64,000 bases of DNA. Origin: an uncultured Nitrososphaerales archaeon (GTDB lineage: Archaea; Thermoproteota; Nitrososphaeria; Nitrososphaerales; Nitrososphaeraceae). Location of the stretch: the NCBI GenBank assembly GCA_963695855.1, contig CAVOHZ010000003.1:224001-288000 (forward strand), in the 5' to 3' direction. Below, piece after piece: positions 9,488 through 19,655 of the stretch (the stretch's first letter is position 1; every line of letters begins with the position of its first letter). Below the pieces are notes generated by a model. It did not search any database. It worked only from the letters and a program-made list of their open reading frames with translations, and had not been told where the DNA came from. Position numbers and translations under genes: made by a program.

Positions 9488-10675
9488 TTGAGACGTGGAA
9501 CCGTAAATTTACCATTACACGTAGGACACGCTCCATCGTATTTAGTTAAGCGTATGATATCTTTGTCTTCTTCCATTTCAAAAATAATAATTGAAGAAAA
9601 GGGAACAAATGAATTCTTTAAAAAGATTTCCGACCCTCTTTGGTTTCAGGCTTTTGGTTGTGTTCTTGGATTTGATTGGCATTCATCTGGCTTGACTACA
9701 GTCGTTACAGGAGTTTTGAAGCAAGCACTAAGTAATGAATTTCACGGTGTCTCTATAGCAGGAGGAAAAGGAAAGAGATCTACAGCTGCAAAAATTGAGA
9801 TACCTAGACTGGCAGAAAAAAATTACAATCTTTCTACTGAGAAAATATCTAGATTGCTTTATGCCAGTAAAATGTCTGCCAAAGTAGATAACTCGGCAAT
9901 CCAAGACGGTTATACTCTTTATCATCATATAGTATTTTTTGATAAAAACGGAAATTGGACGATTATTCAGCAAGGATTAAATAAGAACAACAGAATGGCA
10001 AGAAGATATCACTGGATTTCTGATGATTTAAAAAGTTACATTATTGATCCACATAAAGGAATTATAAGTTCAGAAAGATTATCCAATGTATTGAATATGA
10101 CTTCAAAAGATTCAGAAGACAATAGAAAAACTTCTGTGGATGTAGCTAAAAGCGGTTCAGGATCAATACAATCTTCAATAAAAAAAATTACTCTCAAATT
10201 AAATCAAGTAAAATTGGACCCTTGGATTGAAAAAAAGAGTTACCAAATGAATTCTTCTAATAATATTAGTAGTTTTGAGTCAGCAATATATCAAGATTAT
10301 GAGATGCCACGGAGGTTGAATTGGAAAATCTTTCACAAAATCTACGATCTTCAGCCAAGGAATTATGAAGAATTATTAGATATTCAGGGCCTAGGGCCTG
10401 CAGCAATAAGAGCATTAGCACTAATATCAGAGATGATTTATGGAGATAAAGCCTCATGGAAGGATCCTGTGAAATTTACCTATGCGCACGGTGGAAAAGA
10501 TGGAGTTCCGTATCCTATCGCCAAAAAAACATACGATGAATCCATGAAATATTTAAGTGATGTCATAAAAGGATCGGAGAATAAAAATTATGAAAAGGAG
10601 AATGCGTTGAAAAGATTATCAAATTATTCAAATAATATTTTTAGAACCAACGAGTATGATTTTAATGCTAAATAA
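9488..10675 (+). CDS. DUF763 domain protein
   Basis: LPLH.G.AP, DPLWFQAFGCVLGFDWHSSG.TT, AKVD..AIQDG, AHGGKDGVP. Confidence 0.9.
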   Translation: MRRGTVNLPLHVGHAPSYLVKRMISLSSSISKIIIEEKGTNEFFKKISDPLWFQAFGCVLGFDWHSSGLTTVVTGVLKQALSNEFHGVSIAGGKGKRSTAAKIEIPRLAEKNYNLSTEKISRLLYASKMSAKVDNSAIQDGYTLYHHIVFFDKNGNWTIIQQGLNKNNRMARRYHWISDDLKSYIIDPHKGIISSERLSNVLNMTSKDSEDNRKTSVDVAKSGSGSIQSSIKKITLKLNQVKLDPWIEKKSYQMNSSNNISSFESAIYQDYEMPRRLNWKIFHKIYDLQPRNYEELLDIQGLGPAAIRALALISEMIYGDKASWKDPVKFTYAHGGKDGVPYPIAKKTYDESMKYLSDVIKGSENKNYEKENALKRLSNYSNNIFRTNEYDFNAK

Positions 10676-10834
10676 TAATACATGTTTAATTCACGAACGA
10701 TGTAAATATATGAGGCTGGGTCATAATTATTCCATTTTCATAACGAATAAAGCTAGTCTATTGGTGTATGATGTTTTGGTGAAACAGTATACAAGCCAAC
10801 AAACTAGCACAAAAGAGATCAACATCTATTCTAA

Positions 10835-11169
10835 TTAGTATTTTCCATTTGAATTGGTTTGAAAAAAACAGAACCGCTCCATGATATATTGTTATTTTCA
10901 ATAATTTTGCCTATACCGTATTCTTTAAATGTGGCAGTTTCATTGTTGTTATTGTTATCATTAGTTGTAATTATAACACCTTGACCTTCTCCCTACAATA
11001 CATCATAAGATATACGACTATTCCAATAAGTTACTATAATATCAACATCTACGTTATTCTTCAATTTACCTGTTGTCTTAATAGATACTTCTCTTTTTGA
11101 TGTTTTTGAATCAATCAATCTGACATCTGCACCTTTACTCTTTCGCATTAGTATTATTTCTCCTAATAT
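10835..11169 (-). pseudogene. degraded paralogue A of an uncharacterised ~135-aa family
   Basis: Reads LGEII...DIIVTYWNS...*GEGQGVII...WSGSVFF; ATA in place of a start codon, in-frame TAG at 10993-10995; shares DNA words with 11306-11724. Confidence 0.7.
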
Positions 11170-11305
11170 CTATTAACGTATTCTAATAAAGTATATTTAT
11201 TTTCATTAATCTCACTATAATGAAGTTAATGTTAACAAAATAAATAATATGATTGTTTAAAAGATAATAATGAAACAATAAAATAAATTTTATATTTTTA
11301 TTTTA

Positions 11306-11724
11306 TTATCTCCATTCCCAAATTTTACCATTGGTATTACCATTTTCATCTGCTTCATATTCAAAAAGTCCAACCTTATTGTCTAGGAATGCTAGTTTTC
11401 CATTTGTATAAGTCTTAAAAAATATTGAACCTCTATCTGTTCTATTACGACCATTATATCGTGCTATTCCACCTCCTTTCCATGCTACAATTTCTCCATC
11501 TTTAGTTAAAGCAACACCTTGACCTTCTGCATAGAATGTTTTTCTATCCCCTTCAGATGGTTTACTCCAATAAGTTACTATATCTGTAACCTCAATTCCA
11601 TTTATAATAATACCAGTACCTGTAATGGTAGTCTCTATTGTTGGACCTTCGATGTCTAAAAGATGTCTAAAACTCTATAGCCTGATATCTTACCTTTGTG
11701 TTCATAAATGATATCTCCTAACAC
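11306..11724 (-). pseudogene. paralogue B (MLGDIIYEHKGK...GKIWEWR) frameshifted by an 11-bp tandem duplication
   Basis: GATGTCTAAAA duplicated at 11651-11672; removing one copy gives an open 135-aa frame from GTG 11724 to TAA 11306. Confidence 0.8.
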
Positions 11725-12037
11725 AAGTAATTGCTTAAATACAGTTGTATATAGGTTTGACCTTGATTATCTTGATTCTCATTCAATTTCCGAAAGTATT
11801 GTATTGTTTATTTAGATAATGATATTATTATTTTTTATTATTAGAATATATTTTAATTTTGTATTATCAGAAGATACAGAAATGTGAAATATCTGCAGGA
11901 TAAAGTAATACCGATAGGGGTTCTAAAATAAGATTCTAAGATATGGTAATAAAGAGATAATACAAATACAAAATATTGTAATTTTTGAATTACTATATTC
12001 TAATAAATAATTTAATATAAAAAAATTTTATTTTATT

Positions 12038-12334
12038 TTATTTTCTTCTTGCTATTATGGTATAAGTTTTTTCAACATACCAACGTATTGTATCTTTGAA
12101 TCCAGACCACCATTCAAAAAATGAGTCACTTGTTTCAGCTTGAAACATCAACAATCCATTATATTCAGTTCCCCATGCATGATTGAATTCATCTATAAGT
12201 TCAATTCCTTCTGGTAAAGTATTTTTTAATTTGTTCCATTCATTGTTAGCTCTATCCTTTTCCTCACTTGACATTGGTCTGAATTTATAAAATACCAAAA
12301 AAGTTGTACCATGCTGAGTTGTATGATGAATCAT
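12038..12334 (-). CDS. hypothetical protein, possible dimeric alpha-beta barrel fold
   Basis: 98-aa ORF with beta-alpha-beta-beta-alpha-beta hydrophobic pattern. Confidence 0.65.
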   Translation of the reverse strand: MIHHTTQHGTTFLVFYKFRPMSSEEKDRANNEWNKLKNTLPEGIELIDEFNHAWGTEYNGLLMFQAETSDSFFEWWSGFKDTIRWYVEKTYTIIARRK

Positions 12335-12504
12335 TCTATTATTATATACTTGATATAGAAACTAATAAAGAATTCTTAAGTGGATTCTTTAACTATATGA
12401 AAATTATGTCTCGGTATGATAATTTCGTGAAATCTTAAATTTTGTACCAATTCTATTTTATTGAATTAAATTTTTCAGATATCCAAAAAGTTTTTAATTC
12501 AGAA

Positions 12505-12798
12505 TTAGGCTGGATGTTTCCATTCCCATACTTTATAGAGAATATTCCCATCTTTATCTACTGATGCTTCATGAACTCCTACTAGGTTATTCAGAAATGA
12601 TAATTTTCCATTATTTGAAGAACGGTAGAAATTAGAACCAGAAACTACTTTTGGAAGAGTATGAGGCTCAATGTAATATACTAGACGAGGAACATTATGA
12701 TGCTCGATGTGATTATTCAAGGTCAGAATGTGCTCAAATATTTCCTCCTGAGTACTACTCAAGATTTCAAACTTGCACAGGTGACGTAGGCTGGCCAA
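12505..12798 (-). pseudogene. chimeric or truncated paralogue C; only the C-terminal half resembles the family
   Basis: GSNFYRSSNNGKLSFLNNLVGVHEASVDKDGNILYKVWEWK aligns with GSIFFKTYTNGKLAFLDNKVGLFEYEADENGNTNGKIWEWR of paralogue B. Confidence 0.65.
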
Positions 12799-13063
12799 AT
12801 CCTAATCCTTAACATTTTTTTATTTGCTTCCTTCATTATTTTTTGACCGTCTAATATCCTGATTCATACAAATAATTTTCAAACTTAAAAATTGTATTGA
12901 TTTATCTTTATCTGTATAGTATAACTTATTCAAATTTTGGTTATATGATAATTCTATGGATTGAGCCCTTGTATAAAGTGGGACCAGTTACTTTAAAGTA
13001 GATATGGAGTTTAGATATCTTTTGCAAATAACATCAATTTAAATTGAGAATTAAAAAAAGGGA

Positions 13064-14059
13064 TTATGGAAGATACTCAAAGTCTACTTCTTGAAGTACT
13101 CGTTTTACATTTTCATCAAGATTATTACATTTATTTTTAGCCTCTACTAATAGTCTTTCAAGATGTGAATCAATTATATCATCTATTAAAGCAGGTGATA
13201 CATTCTCATCACCTAATATATCTTCAATATTTGTCCTTGTCGGTTCATCTGTTCCACCTATTAGCAGATCCCATGTTATGAGATCGATAACAAGATCACC
13301 ACATCTAACTTCCACATTGTTGTTTGCTATAGATGTTGAATCTACTATTTCAACAGAATTTATAAATATCCATTCTGCTTCATCAAAAGACATCTCTACT
13401 ACAATTTTATATTCTTGAAGAACTATATTTCTAGGAATAGTAAAATCAAAGTTTGCACAATCCTCTATAGAAAGATTACCACAATCATTACTTCCAAGTT
13501 CCAGTGTTGGGATAGAATTTTCTGCAATATTATTATCAGATATAGAAATAGATGTTAAATATACTTTAACATTATCAGGGGCTAAACTTGCATCACATCT
13601 GTCGTCAGGATCACATTGTAATTCAAGAGCTAAGTTAGTATCATCTTTATCTAATCGCATATTAGGAACAGCTGTAGCACTGATATCATGGTCTATTACT
13701 GGGAGACCTCCAAAATCAAGAGAAAAATCGGCTCCAAATTTGTATTGGCCATTTGTATGATTTATTACAACTAATGGTATCTGGTTAAATGGAACTGGAT
13801 TAAATTGATTCAGTCCTCCAGCTATAGTAGTAGTATTAGTTTGATTTTGTCGTGCGATAGTATTAGTAGTATTAGTAGTATTAGTAGTATTAGTAGTATT
13901 AGTAGTATTAGTAGTATTAGTAGTATTAGTAGTATTACTAGTATTAGTTTGATCTTGTGCAGCTATAGCATTAGTACTTATTAGTAAAAATAATACACTA
14001 ATTGCAATACCTATTATGTATCCATAATTAAATTTTTTAGTCATAAATACGCTCTTCAA
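13064..14059 (-). CDS. secreted acidic protein with Thr/Asn repeat linker
   Basis: Signal-peptide-like N-terminus (…AIA-AQD), (TNT)n tract, paired Cys. Confidence 0.8.
   Translation of the reverse strand: MKSVFMTKKFNYGYIIGIAISVLFLLISTNAIAAQDQTNTSNTTNTTNTTNTTNTTNTTNTTNTTNTIARQNQTNTTTIAGGLNQFNPVPFNQIPLVVINHTNGQYKFGADFSLDFGGLPVIDHDISATAVPNMRLDKDDTNLALELQCDPDDRCDASLAPDNVKVYLTSISISDNNIAENSIPTLELGSNDCGNLSIEDCANFDFTIPRNIVLQEYKIVVEMSFDEAEWIFINSVEIVDSTSIANNNVEVRCGDLVIDLITWDLLIGGTDEPTRTNIEDILGDENVSPALIDDIIDSHLERLLVEAKNKCNNLDENVKRVLQEVDFEYLP
13858..13947. repeat. 9-bp tandem repeat TAGTATTAG x10 (one variant), encodes (TNT)n
   Basis: Directly visible. Confidence 0.95.
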
Positions 14060-14322
14060 ATAATAATATAAAAATATATTGCTCTTAATAAATCGTGAAA
14101 ATTTTTATTATCAAATTTGAAAGCAAATAATATTAAATAATAATAACAACTAACTATCAAAGGTTGATAAAAATAAATATCTCTCAATATATTTTAGAAC
14201 AAAAATGTTCAATTCAATCCGAATATGAGAAAACTATTTGCTTGTTAAAATTGGTAATTAGAAAACATAAGCTATTTGGTATAACTCTTAACAGAACCCT
14301 TAAAAGATACCAACAGAATATT

Positions 14323-14517
14323 TTAGTCGACATCAACAATCTTTTCCAAATATATTTTATGTTTTTGAATATGGCATTTTTCACTACAAAAATAGTCTAT
14401 GAATATGTAACACAATATTGGATTTTGCTTAATACTTTTTCCACAAGTATTGCAATATAAAAATGTCTTAGTAGCAAATACTTTATTATTAATGATATTA
14501 TGTGTGAGTTTCTGCAT
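14323..14517 (-). CDS. small TRASH/MYM-like zinc-finger protein
   Basis: CNTCGKSI...YFCSEKCHIQKH. Confidence 0.5.
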   Translation of the reverse strand: MQKLTHNIINNKVFATKTFLYCNTCGKSIKQNPILCYIFIDYFCSEKCHIQKHKIYLEKIVDVD

Positions 14518-14858
14518 TTATGTTCCAATCACTTTCATTTTTCATTGATTCGGGGCCAAATCCTTGAAATCTACCATTATCAACAGAAAGAAAGGTCTCA
14601 TTTACCTTTGAATTATTATTATAAGTTTTACAACAATGAAGATTTAATAATTGTAACGTTCTCATACGATATATTTTAATTAAGATTATAAAAGATTTTT
14701 TATCTTCTTTTTTTACATTAAAAGCAATGCAAAGACAGTGTATAGCTAGTAAAACTTTTTCGGCGCCTCAAAATTCTTATTGCATCACTTATTTTAATTG
14801 GGGACTGTATAAGAAATAAGTTTAATACCATAATTAATTTTAGTTACCTTTATCTAAA

Positions 14859-15206
14859 GTGAAAATATTCATCTTCTACTCTAGAAGAGATGCTACACAT
14901 TATGTAGAGCATATCTACGAGTATTTGAAAGATTTCGGTCATGATATTTTTACTGATACAAAAAATATTCGAGGAGGTGAAGTATGGAGCGAGGTAATAG
15001 GAAATAATATTTCTATTTGTGATTATTTTGTTATAATACTTACTCCTGCCTCTCTAAATAGTCCAGAAGTTGAGAAAGAAGTTTTATTTGCAATAGACAA
15101 AGAAAAAAATATACAAAAGAAAACATTGGTAAACCTCCACAATTTTGTCAATACGTACAAAGAGAACCAAAAGGAGAACGTTTTTATTTCAAGAAAGTAC
15201 GGATGA
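14859..15206 (+). CDS. TIR domain (TIR_2-like) protein, probably truncated or fused
   Basis: KIFIFYSRRD, IFTD..I.GGE.W...I...I..CDYFVIILTP.SLNS.EVEKEV..A; TIR-like sequence ends near 15110. Confidence 0.85.
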   Translation: MKIFIFYSRRDATHYVEHIYEYLKDFGHDIFTDTKNIRGGEVWSEVIGNNISICDYFVIILTPASLNSPEVEKEVLFAIDKEKNIQKKTLVNLHNFVNTYKENQKENVFISRKYG

Positions 15207-15919
15207 TTTCGCAGAAAATGAAGAGGAGCGTCTAAGACGTTTTATAGATCGTATCTTATCATACAATCCTTCTGCAATTATAGACATATATAGAATGGCT
15301 AGTTCCGAAGGTGACTTTAATCTTAACCAAGGTCTTTCTTGCTATAGGGCCCGTACTGCAGCATTCCTTTTAGAAAGTGCAGGATTGGTTAATACTATAA
15401 GGTCGATTGAGGCATTAGGGGAGATTTATAACACAAATAACGACCCAAAATTTCGTGCTGTTGACATCGATGTAATGACTCTATACCTAAACCTCTTCCT
15501 TCACATTCACCTTCCCCTCCTAATATTGGTTTTATTGATTGTAATAATGATCCTTTTGTTGAAGCCAATATAATGGCAGCTGCTAGAGAGGCATTTATCA
15601 CAGTTTATAAAATGAATTGTATTAAAAGTGATTCTTTGAAAAACGCCATACTGATGAGTTTTATGGTCTAATCATAGACTGTTATAAAGGTGATCAGTAT
15701 AGTCCATGTGGTAGCGCTCGGATGTTATTTTCACAAACTGTTGATATCTATTCTGTTGCTCTCGATCCTTCAAAATGTGGTCCATTAGCATCAACTATAT
15801 TACATGAAGTTGTACACCTAATCGAAAATAGAATTTTTGGTGGTCATGGTGTTCTTGCTGATGCATGCGAAAAATCATGTTTTGGTCATGGTTCAGGAGA
15901 TGCATCAAAATGCAAATAA
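15110..15919 (+). pseudogene. frameshifted OmpA-like domain + Pro-rich linker + Cys-rich HExxH metallopeptidase-like domain
   Basis: Across frames: GERFLFQESTDDF.ENEEERL...ASSEG..NLNQGLSCYRA (OmpA-like), PKPLPSHSPSPP, then LASTILHEVVH (15803-15817)...ACEKSCF; several single-base shifts needed. Confidence 0.55.
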
Positions 15920-16370
15920 TTCTCCTGTTGAATAATCGGATATTGTACATGAGATGTCGAAAAGAGGCGGCAAGGCAAGTTATAGTTAAAACAAAGGTAG
16001 AAAATACAAGAGATCATCTGAATTTGCAGATACCTCTACAGATCAAGATAATAACAAGAATAGAAAATAATAAAAGTATTGGATTTAATTGAAATAGAAA
16101 AAATTACCTAAAGGATTTGAACCTTATTCTAACTCGAACAACATTTCCAAAGTGTATTGATTACATTCATTTTTTTAAAGAATTGATATTTATTAAATAA
16201 TAATTCAATTCTATCACTTGTAAAAATTCAGTTCTCAATTCAATTCAAAAGGTTTTCTAGAAATACATTAAATTAGATGAATATGAAATTATTTAGCAAA
16301 ACATATCGTTCATTTTTATCATCATCATCTTAAACATGATAACAATGACTATGTGATATATAGTATATAT

Positions 16371-16437
16371 CTGACTTTTCTGACTATTTTGACAGTTTTT
16401 CTGACTATTTTGACAATTATTCTGACTTTTCTGACTG
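16371..16437. repeat. phased TGAC direct-repeat array (7 copies, spacing 9,9,12,9,12,9), operator/iteron-like
   Basis: TGAC at 16372, 16381, 16390, 16402, 16411, 16423, 16432. Confidence 0.85.
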
Positions 16438-16440
16438 GTC

Positions 16441-16448
16441 TTTAAATA
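16441..16448 (+). promoter_or_regulatory. putative archaeal TATA box (TTTAAATA) for the 16469 gene
   Basis: Starts 28 nt before the ATG, matching leaderless archaeal promoter spacing. Confidence 0.6.
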
Positions 16449-16468
16449 TATTAATTTGAAGTAATATT

Positions 16469-17836
16469 ATGCCCAGATACATATCTCCGGAGCAAAAATT
16501 ATCTGTTATTGGAGATTGGCTTGATGGAGACAGTAGAGAAGAAATTGCTATAAAACAGAATATTGGAAGTGGGACAGTTTATAATATTGTTAATGAATGG
16601 AGCAATAGTATTGGTTTTGAAAAAGCAGCTGTATTGAGAGAATTAGCCATACAATTAAAGAACAATGGATTAACTGTAAATGATTGTGCTAAAGGATTTA
16701 GGACGGTGATGATTTTTAAAAAGTATGGAATAAAAGAAGAAGATGAATTAGGAGACAGAGTTACTTATTTTTTAAAGGAGATCTACTTGAAATGTCAAGA
16801 GGCTAATTTATCAGTGCAAAAAGTCTTTCTGTATATTTATGATATCATAAATTTTTCCAATGAAATTTCTATCTCTCAAATACCTCAATTTCTGAAAGAA
16901 AAGACAGAGGAAAAAGAAAGATTAGAAGCTTCTATCCAAAAGTTGTCTCAAAAAATAAATGAACTAGAAAATATAAAAAATGAAAAAGATCAAGAAATAC
17001 AAAATTTGTCAGAACTGGCAGAAAGAATGTCCAATCTTTATAATTTATTTATTACGGCAAAACACAAATTGGACAAATATGAAATAGATATGAAAAACTT
17101 AAATCAGTTTGTAAATTGCGTAGTTGGAATAGCAAAGGAGAATTATGATGTTACCAAAGTCTTAGAATTAATTGGAGATTATGAGAATTTACTAAATTAT
17201 ATAGAACTTTATAAAAATGAAGTACAAGTAAAGAAAGCTGAATTGGATAAACTGGATAAAGATATAAACTATTATAACGGTTTGCTAAACACATACAGAA
17301 TAAAATCAGATATTATAGATAAATTGGAAAGAATGGGTTTTGGCATTAATGACTTGGAAATTTTATATGATACTTTAATTGAAATTGCTAGAGAAAATAA
17401 TAATAAAAGTATAGATGAAATAAAAAAAGAATTTTTTAATGATTTGAAAAGTTATGAAGAAGTAATTAGGTCAAGAAATGAAAGAGACAGATTAAAAAGT
17501 GAACTTAAAAATCTAGAGATGTTAAAGATAAAAGAAAGAGAAAGATATAATTCATATCCAAAAGTAATACAAAGTATAGAAAGATTATCAAACGCTGGAA
17601 TTGATGAAAATGATATTTTAGCAATAGATAAAATTATATCAATGGCTGGCATCGATCATCATCTGTACAAGGATAAAACTAAATATAAACAAAATTTAAT
17701 TGATGATTTACAAAAATATGGAAATTTAAAGTCAGCTATAAAAAATCTACAAGATAATAAAAGAAAGAAAACAACTTTAAAGTCTGTGAAAAAGACACAA
17801 CCACAACGAAGGCAGAAGAAACAAAAAAAGGAATGA
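16469..17836 (+). CDS. N-terminal helix-turn-helix + long coiled-coil protein with basic C-tail
   Basis: SREEIAIKQNIGSGTVYNIV HTH; heptad-rich K/E segments; KKTQPQRRQKKQKKE tail. Confidence 0.8.
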   Translation: MPRYISPEQKLSVIGDWLDGDSREEIAIKQNIGSGTVYNIVNEWSNSIGFEKAAVLRELAIQLKNNGLTVNDCAKGFRTVMIFKKYGIKEEDELGDRVTYFLKEIYLKCQEANLSVQKVFLYIYDIINFSNEISISQIPQFLKEKTEEKERLEASIQKLSQKINELENIKNEKDQEIQNLSELAERMSNLYNLFITAKHKLDKYEIDMKNLNQFVNCVVGIAKENYDVTKVLELIGDYENLLNYIELYKNEVQVKKAELDKLDKDINYYNGLLNTYRIKSDIIDKLERMGFGINDLEILYDTLIEIARENNNKSIDEIKKEFFNDLKSYEEVIRSRNERDRLKSELKNLEMLKIKERERYNSYPKVIQSIERLSNAGIDENDILAIDKIISMAGIDHHLYKDKTKYKQNLIDDLQKYGNLKSAIKNLQDNKRKKTTLKSVKKTQPQRRQKKQKKE

Positions 17837-18684
17837 ACCAAACATCAACTATCAAAGATACAATACAAGAAAAAAATGATAATTAAATATTTTTGCTGTT
17901 GTTTCTATAAATATTATTTGACAAAAATTAATTGGTAGCCATTTCGTTATTGCTAATAATAATTATACTAATATTAATTAATAAAAAAATTTAGTAAAAC
18001 GGAAATTAACACACAGTAATAAAAGAAGAAAATACTACTAAATTATTTTTTTCTGAATTTTCTTTAAATAATAGATAAAGCAAAGTAAAAAAGCAATCAA
18101 TATACATAAAAATATTTATGATATTCTTTAAGAACATAATAACAGATAGCATTATAAGCATTATAAGACATGTTTTCGGAAGCTATTTACTCTATATCAA
18201 AGAGATACTTTATGCTTTTTTTACCATCGTGTCAATAACCTGTACACTATCATTTACCAATATATTGAGCCAAGTATCCGCTGTCGAAGATGGAATGATC
18301 AATCACAATGCTACAATCATGCATGCAACACTAGCATATGACCAGAAATAATAAATCGATTAAACAAGTACTTTTAAAACCTTTATTTTTTTAAATGAAA
18401 ATCCTCATAATGAAGAAAATTAACGTTATGAGTACCGAAAATGATATAAATATTTATTTATCAAATTTGGAGGGTTTAGATAATGTTGTTTAATTCAAAA
18501 GAAAATTTTATTAGTAAATACTATATTGAAAATAACAAAAAACCAAATATAACGTCATTACTATAACATTAAGATATATTATGTTTCTATTATTTTAATC
18601 ATTTATACAGGTTACAACCAAAATATCACGACTATAATTAGACTAAACTTTTATATTCTAAATAGAGAAATCTGTTAATCTATC

Positions 18685-19572
18685 ATGCCATATTTTTGTG
18701 ATAATTCGGTTATATTGGATAATTTAATTAATCGTAAATTTCATCCATTTGTAAAATGGGCTGGTGGTAAGTCTCGTTTACTAGTAGATCTTGAGAAACA
18801 TCTTCCAGAGAAATTTTCGAACTATTTCGAGCCATTCTTGGGAGGAGGCGCTCTCTTTTTTTATTTGAAACTAATCAGGTATAATAATCAAAATTTTATC
18901 TCATATTTGTCTGATATAAATAAGGAATTGATAAATGCCTATAAAATAATAAAGGAAAAACCAAATAATTTGATACATGTCTTAATGAATTATGAAAATG
19001 AATACTACAAGAATCCAAAGAAATTTTATTATGAACTGAGAGGGAGACGTACCAATGATAAAATCGAAATTGCAGCAAGGTTCATAACGTTAAATAAAAC
19101 ATGCTATAATGGACTTTATAGAGTGAATAAAAAGGGTATTTTTAATGTACCTTTTGGCAAATATAAAAAACCTAAAATTTGTGATGAAAGAAATATAGTT
19201 AATGTAAGTAATTTACTTAAGAGGACAAAAACTATAGTTCAAGCAGGAGATTATGAAAATATTTTGTTACATAACGTTAAAGAAAATGATTTCATATATT
19301 TAGATCCTCCTTACCATCCCATAGACGAAACAGCCAACTTTACTGAATATACAAATACAGGCTTCGACAGTCTCGAACAAAAAAGACTTGCTAAGATATT
19401 CAAGGATCTAGACCACAGGGGATGTAAAATAATTCTGAGCAATTCGAATACAAATCTTGTTAGACAGCTATATAAGAAATTTAAGATTTTTGAGGTTGAT
19501 GTATTAAGATCAATTAACAGTAAACCCAATAGAAGGTCTGGATATAATGAATTAATTATAAGAAATTTTTGA
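18685..19572 (+). CDS. dam: Dam-family (D12 class) N6-adenine DNA methyltransferase, orphan
   Basis: KWAGGK, EPFLGGG, YNGLYRVN..G.FNVPFG, DPPY, SNS motifs. Confidence 0.92.
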   Translation: MPYFCDNSVILDNLINRKFHPFVKWAGGKSRLLVDLEKHLPEKFSNYFEPFLGGGALFFYLKLIRYNNQNFISYLSDINKELINAYKIIKEKPNNLIHVLMNYENEYYKNPKKFYYELRGRRTNDKIEIAARFITLNKTCYNGLYRVNKKGIFNVPFGKYKKPKICDERNIVNVSNLLKRTKTIVQAGDYENILLHNVKENDFIYLDPPYHPIDETANFTEYTNTGFDSLEQKRLAKIFKDLDHRGCKIILSNSNTNLVRQLYKKFKIFEVDVLRSINSKPNRRSGYNELIIRNF

Positions 19573-19655
19573 TATTATTCGAGCATTTAAAACAAACACC
19601 TCTACTGATGATTTCCATGTAAAATTTTAAAAAAAAATATAAATATAAATAAGTT

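Noticed and set aside
18118-18351. 77-aa ORF in AT-rich DNA
   Set aside because: No motif or supporting context; likely spurious or a remnant
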